Assembly: GCA_002499705.1 (NCBI GenBank) | Contig: DAMU01000040.1 | Location: 114-64,113 of the forward strand | Origin: Euryarchaeota archaeon UBA91 | GTDB taxonomy: Archaea > Thermoplasmatota > Poseidoniia > Poseidoniales > Poseidoniaceae | Direction of reading: 5' to 3' | Length of the DNA stretch: 64,000 nucleotides | Program-made: the position numbers and the translations under genes | Part shown: positions 16,005 to 25,108 of the stretch, one piece after another | Position numbering within the stretch: the stretch's first letter is position 1 | How the letters are laid out: every line of letters begins with the position of its first letter | Notes under the pieces: generated by a model | The model's database searches: none | Told to the model about the DNA's origin: nothing | The model's input: the letters and a program-made list of their open reading frames with translations, nothing else

Positions 16005-18716
16005 TCACTCTTCTTCGTCCAATTTTGGTGGAGTAATCTCCATTGGAGGTAAGGCTGGGATAAACGTTGAATCATCTGATTTCCATTGAGTTGCCTCTTC
16101 AATCTCCTCATCATCCCACATTTTCTCAATCATTGCTTCTTGATTTAGGTTGAGTTCATCTCCACGGCTTTGGCCGGCTAATAGCAGCCCACCTGCCATT
16201 ACGATAACCAAACCAATCAGTGCAAAAATCGCCTTATTCTGCGTGCTATCAGACGCGCTGGCATCCGTGTCACCCATGCCTCCATTCTCTTCGACGCATG
16301 CTTCAGAAGTATCTCCGGGCAGGCAGTCAGTGTTTGTCGAATCACCGGTGTTATCGTCAGAATCTGCATTGTCATTCGAACCAGTGTCGTCTGTGTTGCC
16401 ATTATTGTTTGAATTGTCATTGGTATCTGAATCATCATTATCCGAGTTACCAGATGTATCGTCTTGTTGAGGGTCAGTATCAAGATCCACATTGACTCCG
16501 GTTCGCTCTCCAGCGTCCATTGGAATGTCATAATAGGCATAGAGCTTGGTAAGGTCAACGTGCGTATTACCATGGGTGCTTCGGTTAACGACGTCGAAGT
16601 AGCGCTCGTCTCCTGTAGTGAAAATAGGGTCGACAGTCATGTTTTTCAACTGGGAGACTCCATTATTAGCTGAATTCTTGCCGTCGAATTCCGTGTCGAG
16701 GTATGCCTGAACATCTTCATCTGTTTCCCATGCAACACCGTCTGGAGCAGACCAGTGTTGACGAATCTCTGAGACATCGTTACGCATTGCCATTGCCATG
16801 CCCGATTCAATGCTTTCCCATGTTTGAGAGCCATCGACCTCAGACAATGAAGTGACGTCGACAGCCTTTGAAACACCGCCGCCGTTGATTGGTTCCCAAT
16901 CATCTTGGTTGATAGCGGTCATGATGTCTGCGTCACCAAAGACCGCTTTCCCTTGAACAACGGTCAGACGAACATCAGCATCAATCGCTTCAATCAAGTT
17001 TCGATAAGGGTCGTCGTGGAAAGTGTCCATGACCACAAGATCAGCATACATTCCAGATTTTATTTGTCCAACAAAGGCGTCCCAGTTTGCTGCCTTAGCA
17101 GGGTTACTGGTCACCATTGCAGCCAGTTCATAATCTGTGAAGTAGGTGTTCATCACATCTTTGTTCCATAAATCTGCAACTTTGAGTTCGTGTAAATTAT
17201 TCTTTGAACCACTTGGCCCCCAATCTGGAGCGATTGAAATCGTAACACCAGCAGCATCGGCGGCCCGAACATCAGTCGTGTTACCGTAGAGTAAGAGGTT
17301 TGATATCGGCGACCATACTAAATCGGCTCCAACAGTTGCCATCTTATCAAATTGTGAGCGGTCAAGGGCAGTGCAGTGAATGGCAACAGTTTCATCCATA
17401 ATGAGGCCCTTATCCCAGAGTGCATCAAATTCCGATTTGCTGCTGCTGTCAACGCCTTCAGCCAAGTGAACAAACCAAGCGTTCAGTGTACCTGATTGAT
17501 TTTGAGAAATCAAATGGTTTCCAGTATAGTCGTCATCTGCTGCACCGCATACGGCACAAGTTGAGATTCCGTCTTGTCCGAAATTGTACAATTCGACGTT
17601 TCGAGCCAACATGCTGTCCCATGCCGAAGTGCCTGAACCCGGCGAGCCTTGAATTGCAGTCACGCCACCAGCTACAGTTTGAACTTCCGCATATTTCATT
17701 TGTTCACTTGCCATTCCCCAGCGGCTGTTCTGTTGGACATTGTTCTTCATCCAAGTGATACTTGGTCCGTAATCGTAGTTGTCACCCCACTGGTATCGGT
17801 TGGTGTATCCACCCTCGTCCGAGCGTTGACCTTCACTCAAATGAACATTGAAATCCCATAATGGAATATGGTTGTAGTGAACGTGGTTGTGCAAGTCAAT
17901 AAGTCCAGGATAGATGGTGCCATTGGTTTCGATAATGACCGCATTGGTGAGGTCAGCGTTAATCGGGATTGAGGAACTTGATGACCATACGGCTTGGATC
18001 ATTCCATCACGAACCAAGACATTGCCTTGATTCATGACGCTGTTCTCACTTTCCATGGTGACAACACGCCCTTTGAGAATGAATGCATCAGAACCCGCTT
18101 CTGGAACTTTAAAGCATTTTACGATGTTGAGAGCAACGGTTGAATCAGGATCGTTTGGACCCCACCCAGGCGATGGGTCAACTTCAACAGCAGTACCGGA
18201 CGAATCAATTACAATCGAATTACCGTAAAATCCGAATTCTTTTGGAATCGTCATTGAGTTGGCGAGTGTGTTAGAGGTGTCGGTAATTGAAACAGTTTCC
18301 TCATCAAAATAACTCAGAATTATATCGGAGTCCGCACTGAAAATTACGATTCTTTGATCCGGGTCAATGACAGTATTCCAAGCGAGTTGACATGGAGGGC
18401 TGCCGGAGGTTGAACTGAGAACCCAATCAGAAACATTCACTGGAGATGAACCGGTGTTCCACAATTCAATGAACTGGTCTGAATATTTGCCATAATCGCC
18501 ATCGCTGTTCCAGTCGACAGCGTTGTAGATATTCGAATTGGTAGCGTTCGATTTCAATTGGTTTGGACTCCTGAAGAGTTCAGATACGACAATGTCCGAA
18601 TTCCGTGCATCAACTTCGGCGACATTCCTTGGTTCAAAGGATTCCGGAGTGGATGGAATCAGGGGTGCAAGGAATAGAACGAGGACTAGAAGAGTAGCCA
18701 ATCGATTGAGGCGCAT
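16005..18716 (-). CDS. Secreted, membrane-anchored lamin-tail-domain (LTD) + metal-dependent amidohydrolase protein
   Basis: ATG at 18716 gives the signal MRLNRLATLLVLVLFLAPL. LTD-like VVSELF...DQFIELWNTGSSPVNVSDWVL. Amidohydrolase metal motif GLIDLHNHVHYNH. Asp/Asn/Ser/Thr-rich stalk, then TM AIFALIGLVIVMAGGLLLAG and an acidic tail. Confidence 0.8.
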   Translation of the reverse strand: MRLNRLATLLVLVLFLAPLIPSTPESFEPRNVAEVDARNSDIVVSELFRSPNQLKSNATNSNIYNAVDWNSDGDYGKYSDQFIELWNTGSSPVNVSDWVLSSTSGSPPCQLAWNTVIDPDQRIVIFSADSDIILSYFDEETVSITDTSNTLANSMTIPKEFGFYGNSIVIDSSGTAVEVDPSPGWGPNDPDSTVALNIVKCFKVPEAGSDAFILKGRVVTMESENSVMNQGNVLVRDGMIQAVWSSSSSIPINADLTNAVIIETNGTIYPGLIDLHNHVHYNHIPLWDFNVHLSEGQRSDEGGYTNRYQWGDNYDYGPSITWMKNNVQQNSRWGMASEQMKYAEVQTVAGGVTAIQGSPGSGTSAWDSMLARNVELYNFGQDGISTCAVCGAADDDYTGNHLISQNQSGTLNAWFVHLAEGVDSSSKSEFDALWDKGLIMDETVAIHCTALDRSQFDKMATVGADLVWSPISNLLLYGNTTDVRAADAAGVTISIAPDWGPSGSKNNLHELKVADLWNKDVMNTYFTDYELAAMVTSNPAKAANWDAFVGQIKSGMYADLVVMDTFHDDPYRNLIEAIDADVRLTVVQGKAVFGDADIMTAINQDDWEPINGGGVSKAVDVTSLSEVDGSQTWESIESGMAMAMRNDVSEIRQHWSAPDGVAWETDEDVQAYLDTEFDGKNSANNGVSQLKNMTVDPIFTTGDERYFDVVNRSTHGNTHVDLTKLYAYYDIPMDAGERTGVNVDLDTDPQQDDTSGNSDNDDSDTNDNSNNNGNTDDTGSNDNADSDDNTGDSTNTDCLPGDTSEACVEENGGMGDTDASASDSTQNKAIFALIGLVIVMAGGLLLAGQSRGDELNLNQEAMIEKMWDDEEIEEATQWKSDDSTFIPALPPMEITPPKLDEEE
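16329..16487 (-). repeat. Coding low-complexity stalk (Asp/Asn/Ser/Thr-rich) inside the LTD-amidohydrolase gene
   Basis: Encodes DLDTDPQQDDTSGNSDNDDSDTNDNSNNNGNTDDTGSNDNADSDDNTGDSTNT. The composition bias also generates spurious ORFs on both strands here. Confidence 0.8.
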
Positions 18717-18806
18717 GGAATGGCCTTTAGCCGTGAGCACATGAACTCGTCGCTTGACCAACTACAAACGAACATGTTGAAGTAGTGCCGATTTTCACAA
18801 ACTTTC

Positions 18807-19187
18807 ATGGCCACCATAGAGATTAACGAACCAAGTTTTTCCGACATAATCGACAACAACTCCATCGTACTGCTCGACTTTTGGGCTTCATGGTGCGGAC
18901 CATGCGTTGCGTATGGCCCTGTATATGAACGAGTTTCTGAAGATTTCCCAGATGTCGTATTCGGGAAAATCGATACAGAAGCCGAACCGAAACTTGCTCA
19001 ATCCTTCAATATCCGTTCTATACCCACTACAATTGCATTCAAAGAGGGTATCGGCGTTTTCATGCAACCCGGCGCTCTTCCCGAAGATGCTCTACGAGAC
19101 TTGGTGGCCAAAATCAGTGAGTTGGACATGGATGAAGTTCGAGCTGAGCTCAAAAATCGAAAGGATTCTGAAGAAGTCCAAGAATAA
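18807..19187 (+). CDS. trxA: Thioredoxin
   Basis: WASWCGPC active site in a ~105-aa thioredoxin fold, plus a short acidic C-terminal extension. Confidence 0.9.
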   Translation: MATIEINEPSFSDIIDNNSIVLLDFWASWCGPCVAYGPVYERVSEDFPDVVFGKIDTEAEPKLAQSFNIRSIPTTIAFKEGIGVFMQPGALPEDALRDLVAKISELDMDEVRAELKNRKDSEEVQE

Positions 19188-19246
19188 TTTTTCTTGAAGA
19201 CCAAACAGCCGGTGCGTTCAAGAAACCCACCCCATCAGCGTTACAC

Positions 19247-21058
19247 ATGAACTTCCGTCCGTGGCTCATCTTGTTCGTCTTGATGACAACGAGTTTGTCA
19301 GGCTGCTTCGGCGAGCAAAACGTCGAAGAGGGTGGAGATTCTGCACTTTATGACGTCTATCCAGAGCCATGGGAACGCAGTCAAATGCAATACGATGATT
19401 CTGATATTTACTCTCGAGTATCGGTCAACGGAAGTTACGCAATTGATGCAGTCCAATCGGTTTTTGTTCCAGTTCCAACCATTACTGCAGCTGATGGAGG
19501 CTCCGGTATTACCGGTAATGCTGAGGTTCACCTCGGACTTTGGTTACCCGTGATTGAGGGATGCGATTGGACTTCTGAGAATCTTTCTGCGGAATGCCAA
19601 GTCCCCGTCATTGCTGAAGTAGGACCTTACTACAACGATGGTGATGTTGACGCACTCACTCCAGCAGATCGCTTGGGTAAATTTTTGATTGAAAATTATG
19701 TTCCTCATGGGTATGGGGTTGCACAGGTTTCAGTGTTCGGCACTGGTGAGTCAAACCACTGCATGGACCTCATGGGCACTGATGAACAACGTGGTATCGA
19801 TGCAGCAGTCACTTGGCTTGGAACACAATCTTGGTCAAACGGTAACGTTGGACTCATTGGCAAATCCTATGACGGCTCTACTCCTTGGCAGGCTGCCACT
19901 TTTGGAAATCCCCATCTTGCGACCATCGTTCCGATGTCTGGCTTGATCGGCGTTCATGAATTGATGTGGCGAAATGGAAGTATGGAGGCTCGAGGTGCAA
20001 TCATGCACAACGGTGTCTATGGCTCATTTGGAATTGATGGCGATGCTGAAGACCCACAAAATCTCTGTGAAGGCTATGTGGAAGGCTACGTCAACGGGCC
20101 TGCAGCATACCTTTCAGGTGGTATGGTTGACTATGCCGGCAATACGTATTGGACCGAGCGCTCATTCATCGACAGAGTTGTTGAAAACTACAACGGTTCA
20201 GTGTATATTATTCAGGGAATGCAAGACTGGAACGTCGATCCTCACATGGCTTTCCCAACTCACCAAATTATGGAAGCAGCAGGAATTGAAACCAAAACAC
20301 TCGCAGGTCAGTGGGCACATGATTATCCTGACCGTAAATCCGGTCACGAAGGATTACCTGCAGGAGAAGGTGCTGAAGCCTACCCATACACTCTACGATG
20401 GGATTGGGCTGATGAGATGCTGTATTGGTTTGACTGGTATCTCAAAGGTGAAGGACGAGCACCAACTCTTGGTGTCGAAATGCAGGACAATCGAGGCGGA
20501 TGGAGGCTTGAAACAACTTACCCTGCACCGGATACCGAATACTTCACTGTAATCGGATCTGAGATGAATCCTTCAGGTGCTTCAATCGGTTTGACCTCAC
20601 TGGCTCCAATCACCTTGCAGTATGGTCCTTTTGACAGAGATGTCTACATTGCTGGGATGCCAACATTCCATATTGCCGTAACTCCGCATACCGCAAACGG
20701 TGGTCACGCATTTTTAGAAATGAAAGATGAAGCTGGAATCCATCTTGGTCATGCAGTGATGGACTTCCGATTTGCTGATGGCGGGCGTGACGGAAATCTT
20801 GCACTTGCTGCTTTTTCAACTGTGAAGGCAAAGATGGAGTTTATGCCAATGGATGTTTTCCTTGAAGCAGGTGAATCGATTACCATAACGCTCTCTCAAA
20901 CAGGTGATGATTATGTTCCATCGCCTGCTGCAGTCGGTGGCTATACAATTAATTGGGCAGATTCGACAATGACACTTCCTCTGGTGAACAGAACATGTGC
21001 TGATTTGTTCCAAGCGCCAATGCATGAATACTCTGCAGACGCAGGACGAATCTGCTGA
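19247..21058 (+). CDS. Secreted CocE/NonD-family hydrolase / X-Pro dipeptidyl-peptidase (S15), probable lipoprotein
   Basis: Signal plus lipobox-like [10 protein letters not shown]. Nucleophile elbow IGKSYDGS (GxSYxG as in CocE/PepX). [11 protein letters not shown] and WAHDYP blocks. About 60% identical by eye to 23256..25094. Confidence 0.85.
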   Translation: MNFRPWLILFVLMTTSLSGCFGEQNVEEGGDSALYDVYPEPWERSQMQYDDSDIYSRVSVNGSYAIDAVQSVFVPVPTITAADGGSGITGNAEVHLGLWLPVIEGCDWTSENLSAECQVPVIAEVGPYYNDGDVDALTPADRLGKFLIENYVPHGYGVAQVSVFGTGESNHCMDLMGTDEQRGIDAAVTWLGTQSWSNGNVGLIGKSYDGSTPWQAATFGNPHLATIVPMSGLIGVHELMWRNGSMEARGAIMHNGVYGSFGIDGDAEDPQNLCEGYVEGYVNGPAAYLSGGMVDYAGNTYWTERSFIDRVVENYNGSVYIIQGMQDWNVDPHMAFPTHQIMEAAGIETKTLAGQWAHDYPDRKSGHEGLPAGEGAEAYPYTLRWDWADEMLYWFDWYLKGEGRAPTLGVEMQDNRGGWRLETTYPAPDTEYFTVIGSEMNPSGASIGLTSLAPITLQYGPFDRDVYIAGMPTFHIAVTPHTANGGHAFLEMKDEAGIHLGHAVMDFRFADGGRDGNLALAAFSTVKAKMEFMPMDVFLEAGESITITLSQTGDDYVPSPAAVGGYTINWADSTMTLPLVNRTCADLFQAPMHEYSADAGRIC

Positions 21059-23050
21059 TCAGTCGAACATCGAAAGGATGTCTCTGAACAGATTTTGTGC
21101 ATGTCCGTCACTTCGTTCAACGAGACGTTTTACAATGAGTTCAGGTGTTGAGCGAGCCAAGTGGTTCCTCTTCGGAGTTCGGTCCACCATCAGTTCCAAG
21201 TTTGCATCAAGACCAGTCGCTTCTATTCCATCAACCCGCAAATCCTGACGTCCAGTAGCCTTGATGATTGCAGGCGCTAAGTGGGTCACAAGCATCATGC
21301 ACGTGTCATCTTGTGCTTCTGCTGCCAACAACATTCCAGCAATGATACGAGCTCCAGCACCGGGTTCAGTGATGGCTTCTAATTCATCAGCAAGAATCAA
21401 TTTCGGAGTCGGATCGCTGACGACGTTTGCTAATTCGACTAGAGTCTGCTCAAGTGCGCCTGCACTTTGTGTTCCGCCGGCTTTGGCAAGAATATGTAGG
21501 GCATCAACTTGTCCAACACGGGCAGAATCAGCTGGGACAGGTAAGCCCATGTGAGCAAGAATACAGGTATGGGCAAGGAGCTCTAAAAGCGTAGTTTTAC
21601 CACCTGAATTAGCGCCAGTAAGCAGTGCGAGAGATTGCTGATCTTGTGTATCAGCCGCAAATCCTAGTCCATAAGTGACAGGGTCTGGTCGGCAACCGAG
21701 AAGAAGATGCCTTCCCTGTTCGATAAATATTCCATGGTCGACCATTTCAGGAAGAACGCAGTTTCTCTCTACAGCCCATTGTGCAATACAGACCCACTGA
21801 TCGAATTCAATCAGTGAGCGTACAACTTCTTCGCAACGTTCTCGCAGAGGGCCGAGTTTCTTTGCGAGAATGAGCATATGCTCAATCTCCCCGGTCTTGA
21901 GTTTAGTTTCCAATGCCTGATCAATTTCATCGATGGTTTTACGATTAATCTTCGCCGGCCATTGTGAAGAAAATATTTCGTAAGGGCATCGAACACCGGT
22001 CCCTTCAAGTGTCGCAACCATCGTTTGTTTGGCTTTTTCCATCGCTTCATTGATGACATCGGTTGTAGCCTCTTGCAACTTCCTTTGGAAGGCTGCTCCA
22101 TCAGAGAGTGCTTCGAGTAATTCTGCACCGCTTAAGTCCATTTTTGCATCATTCATGGCTTGGCCAACTTCAGTATTGACCTGCTCTTCGAGTGCCTTTG
22201 CAGTCTTCCAAAGTTGGTCTTTCACTTTTGCAATGGTGTCTAAATCACCTTGATCATCGATACTCATGAGAATCTCAGGAAGTTGTTCAAGCCCTACAGT
22301 CAACGCATATAATTCGTTGATGAAAGGATGCTTTTCAGGAGGGTTGCGACTCATCTGAACTACGTCTGCAATGACGGTAAGTGTTCGTATGTTGTGCCGA
22401 AACCAATCGATGGTTCGTTCAGGTAGAATCAATTCAGTATTGTTTGCGTTTGGCAACACTACCCATCCATCAGGCACATCTGTTGGCGCCCCCGAACCAA
22501 TCCATGTTACCGATTTGAACACGGTATAATCCTTCCATGTTTCTCCATCGCCAGGTTGTAATACTCGACACCATTTTTTGAATAAATCAATTTGCTCTTT
22601 GCACACAACAACTCGCTCATACCGTTCATTATTGAATCGAGTTTGTCGAAGGTTGTGAAACAGTCCACTGAGTGTTTTCATGCGTTCAGAATATTTCTTG
22701 GCAAAGTTCATTGCATGACTCACTTTCAACCTTCGTTCAGCTGGATTTTCAATTGGCATCAATAATTGCATCCGCTCTCGTGTAGCAGCGCACGAAGCAA
22801 ACGAAACAATATCATTGAGCAGACTGCGATGCAAACGTTCTGCCTCCTTGGTTGCTAAGAAGGAGCCTGATTGACCTGCAACCATTCGAGCAAGCGTCAA
22901 TGCTCTCTTTGGAGATACGCCATCTATCTCTGCAATTCGGGCGATATCACCGGATTTTAACGAGGCAAGTGCTTGGTCTTCTCCACCAAAATGGTCGGTT
23001 ATTTTTTGGGCAAGTCGTTCACCAACGCCGGGTAAGGTACTCAGAACCAT
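21059..23050 (-). CDS. Archaeal MutS-like ATPase (MutS domain V only; N-terminal helix-hairpin-helix; no mismatch-binding or Smr domain)
   Basis: N-terminal LPGVGERLAQKI...IDGVSPKRA (HhH). C-terminal Walker A TGANSGGKTTLLE, then ILADELEAITEP and LVTHL, typical of the MutS ABC ATPase. Confidence 0.85.
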   Translation of the reverse strand: MVLSTLPGVGERLAQKITDHFGGEDQALASLKSGDIARIAEIDGVSPKRALTLARMVAGQSGSFLATKEAERLHRSLLNDIVSFASCAATRERMQLLMPIENPAERRLKVSHAMNFAKKYSERMKTLSGLFHNLRQTRFNNERYERVVVCKEQIDLFKKWCRVLQPGDGETWKDYTVFKSVTWIGSGAPTDVPDGWVVLPNANNTELILPERTIDWFRHNIRTLTVIADVVQMSRNPPEKHPFINELYALTVGLEQLPEILMSIDDQGDLDTIAKVKDQLWKTAKALEEQVNTEVGQAMNDAKMDLSGAELLEALSDGAAFQRKLQEATTDVINEAMEKAKQTMVATLEGTGVRCPYEIFSSQWPAKINRKTIDEIDQALETKLKTGEIEHMLILAKKLGPLRERCEEVVRSLIEFDQWVCIAQWAVERNCVLPEMVDHGIFIEQGRHLLLGCRPDPVTYGLGFAADTQDQQSLALLTGANSGGKTTLLELLAHTCILAHMGLPVPADSARVGQVDALHILAKAGGTQSAGALEQTLVELANVVSDPTPKLILADELEAITEPGAGARIIAGMLLAAEAQDDTCMMLVTHLAPAIIKATGRQDLRVDGIEATGLDANLELMVDRTPKRNHLARSTPELIVKRLVERSDGHAQNLFRDILSMFD

Positions 23051-23255
23051 GCGTCACATCGTTTGTCAAGGGCTTTTGAGGATATTGCTCAAACACCCTC
23101 ATTTGATGTGAAAAGTGAACATCTCCAGTCAATGCATTGTCGCGTTAACCTCAAATGAAAGATACACTAGGAAAGGTTGGTGGACAGAGGTGAGTCAAGA
23201 TGCTAAGACCATTCCCGAAGCCATCATTATCTCCCAACCTGTTGGCCAAACCCGA

Positions 23256-25094
23256 ATGGCTCGTGAATTTAATCTCGTCTTAGGTTCAACAATCGCCGTC
23301 GCTCTTGTTTTTCTTTTTGTTTCCGCTGTTTTCGGTAGTGCAGTCGTTGAACTCATCGATGGTGAGGACCAACAATCCGGTCTTCGAGTGCCTGTTTGGG
23401 AGCGTTATACGCTCCCCTACGAAACAGACGGAGAGTTTAGTGTAGCACTTGAAGTGGGTCCTTATGAGCCTCTACCGACCGATAATGAATGGAACTCTAC
23501 GCACCATTTTGTCCAATACTCATTACCAATCGAAGAAGGCGGTGCTGCTCCTGATGGTGCGGTGATTAGCCTTGCAGTATGGCGTCCAAATGTTCCAGAA
23601 GGTGTCAAAGTTCCCGTTATAGCAGAATTTGGACCATATTTCCAAGAGGCATCAGTTGAAACTCCTTCCATCGAAGTTCCAGGTACCTGGCTGGGACAGA
23701 TGATCATCGATCAAATCCTTCCTCACGGTTTTGCGTTCGCACAAGTTTCTGTTGCGGGCACAGGTCGTTCAAACCATTGTATGGATTTGATGGGTAATGC
23801 TGAGCAACTCGGTAACGATGCCGCAGTTCGTTGGTTAGCAGAACAAAACTGGTCGAATGGCGCTGTCGGTATGATTGGTAAATCTTACGATGGGAGCACT
23901 CCTTGGCAAGCAGCAATGTTTGGCGCTGAACACGATTATCTCAAAACCATCGTCCCAATTTCTGGTTTGATTGGCGTCAAAGAATTGATGTGGCGCAACG
24001 GTTCTTCTGAAGCAAGAGCTCCTATTATGCACAACGGAGTCTATGGCTCGTATGGAATTGATGGTGATGAGGAAGATTATCAAAACATATGCCCAGATTA
24101 CATCATCGGCCCAGGAACTGGAGTTGCTGCCTACATGTTTGGCTCGGAAGTCGCAGGTGATTATTGGGCTGAACGTTATTTCCTTGAACGAGTTTTAGAC
24201 AACTACCAAGGCAGTGTTTACCTGATACAAGGCATGCATGATTGGAATGTTGACCCACACATGGCCGTTCCTACAATGAATGCTCTGAAGGATGCGGGAA
24301 TTGAGGCTAAAGGTTTGTTTGGCCAGTGGGATCATGACTATCCCGACCGTCCAGTCCAACTTGATGATCGCTCAGAACTCGGTGGCCGAGGGGGCGAAGC
24401 ATTCCCCGAGATGATGCGATACGATTGGATGCAAGACTTGCTTGAGTGGTTTGATTTCTATCTCCGTGGTGTAGGCGAACAACCAGGGCTTTACGTCGAA
24501 ATTCAATCCAATCAGGGTTCATGGCGTCTTGAAGACCGTTATCCTCCAAGCGACGTCACTGAAGTTTCCTTTGATTTGGGAGGCTCACTGACCAACATTG
24601 GCGGTGGCTCAACAGTATTCCCTGATGCGAATACGGGTCCAGTTTGGCAATCTGAACCGCTTACTGAGTCGATCTATGTAGCTGGCACTCCACGACTTCA
24701 TGTCGATGTCACAACTGCATCGGTTGGTGGTCAACTTTACGCCTTACTCGAAGACTGTGACGATGCAGACAATTGCATCCATATTGGCCATGCTATCATG
24801 GATTTACGTTACTATGCGGGTGGTGATGAAATCCAAACATGGACTCCTGTTGTACAGACGATTAATGCCAAAATGGAGTTCATGCCTTTGGATGCTGAGA
24901 TTTCAGAAGGCCACACACTTCGATTGAGTCTTCTATCGACAGGTGAGGATTACTTGCCAGCCAGCACTTCTTCGGTTGTATTTGTCCAGGAAGGAGAGAC
25001 CTCAACCCTTCTGTTGGATACCTTCATTCCAGAAGACCGAATGTATTTCACGCCACCTGAATGTTTGCATGAACGCTGCATTGCTGCTGCATAA
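23256..25094 (+). CDS. Secreted CocE/NonD-family hydrolase / X-Pro dipeptidyl-peptidase (S15), paralog of 19247..21058
   Basis: [25 protein letters not shown] and WDHDYPDR are shared with the paralog. ATG at 23256 gives the signal/anchor MAREFNLVLGSTIAVALVFLFVSAVFG. In-frame GTG at 23190 or the track start at 23115 cannot be excluded. Confidence 0.8.
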   Translation: MAREFNLVLGSTIAVALVFLFVSAVFGSAVVELIDGEDQQSGLRVPVWERYTLPYETDGEFSVALEVGPYEPLPTDNEWNSTHHFVQYSLPIEEGGAAPDGAVISLAVWRPNVPEGVKVPVIAEFGPYFQEASVETPSIEVPGTWLGQMIIDQILPHGFAFAQVSVAGTGRSNHCMDLMGNAEQLGNDAAVRWLAEQNWSNGAVGMIGKSYDGSTPWQAAMFGAEHDYLKTIVPISGLIGVKELMWRNGSSEARAPIMHNGVYGSYGIDGDEEDYQNICPDYIIGPGTGVAAYMFGSEVAGDYWAERYFLERVLDNYQGSVYLIQGMHDWNVDPHMAVPTMNALKDAGIEAKGLFGQWDHDYPDRPVQLDDRSELGGRGGEAFPEMMRYDWMQDLLEWFDFYLRGVGEQPGLYVEIQSNQGSWRLEDRYPPSDVTEVSFDLGGSLTNIGGGSTVFPDANTGPVWQSEPLTESIYVAGTPRLHVDVTTASVGGQLYALLEDCDDADNCIHIGHAIMDLRYYAGGDEIQTWTPVVQTINAKMEFMPLDAEISEGHTLRLSLLSTGEDYLPASTSSVVFVQEGETSTLLLDTFIPEDRMYFTPPECLHERCIAAA

Positions 25095-25108
25095 GTATTC
25101 GAATCTGC

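Noticed and set aside
16150-16573. Repetitive-looking DNA with overlapping ORFs on both strands; considered a tandem repeat or CRISPR-like array
   Set aside because: There are no regularly spaced identical repeats. It is a compositionally biased coding segment (the Asp/Asn/Ser/Thr stalk) of the 904-aa amidohydrolase, in frame with it on the minus strand.
19974-20552. 192-aa plus-strand ORF in an alternative frame of the S15 peptidase gene
   Set aside because: The frame conserved with the paralog at 23256..25094 is the listed 603-aa one. This alternative frame has no paralogous counterpart.
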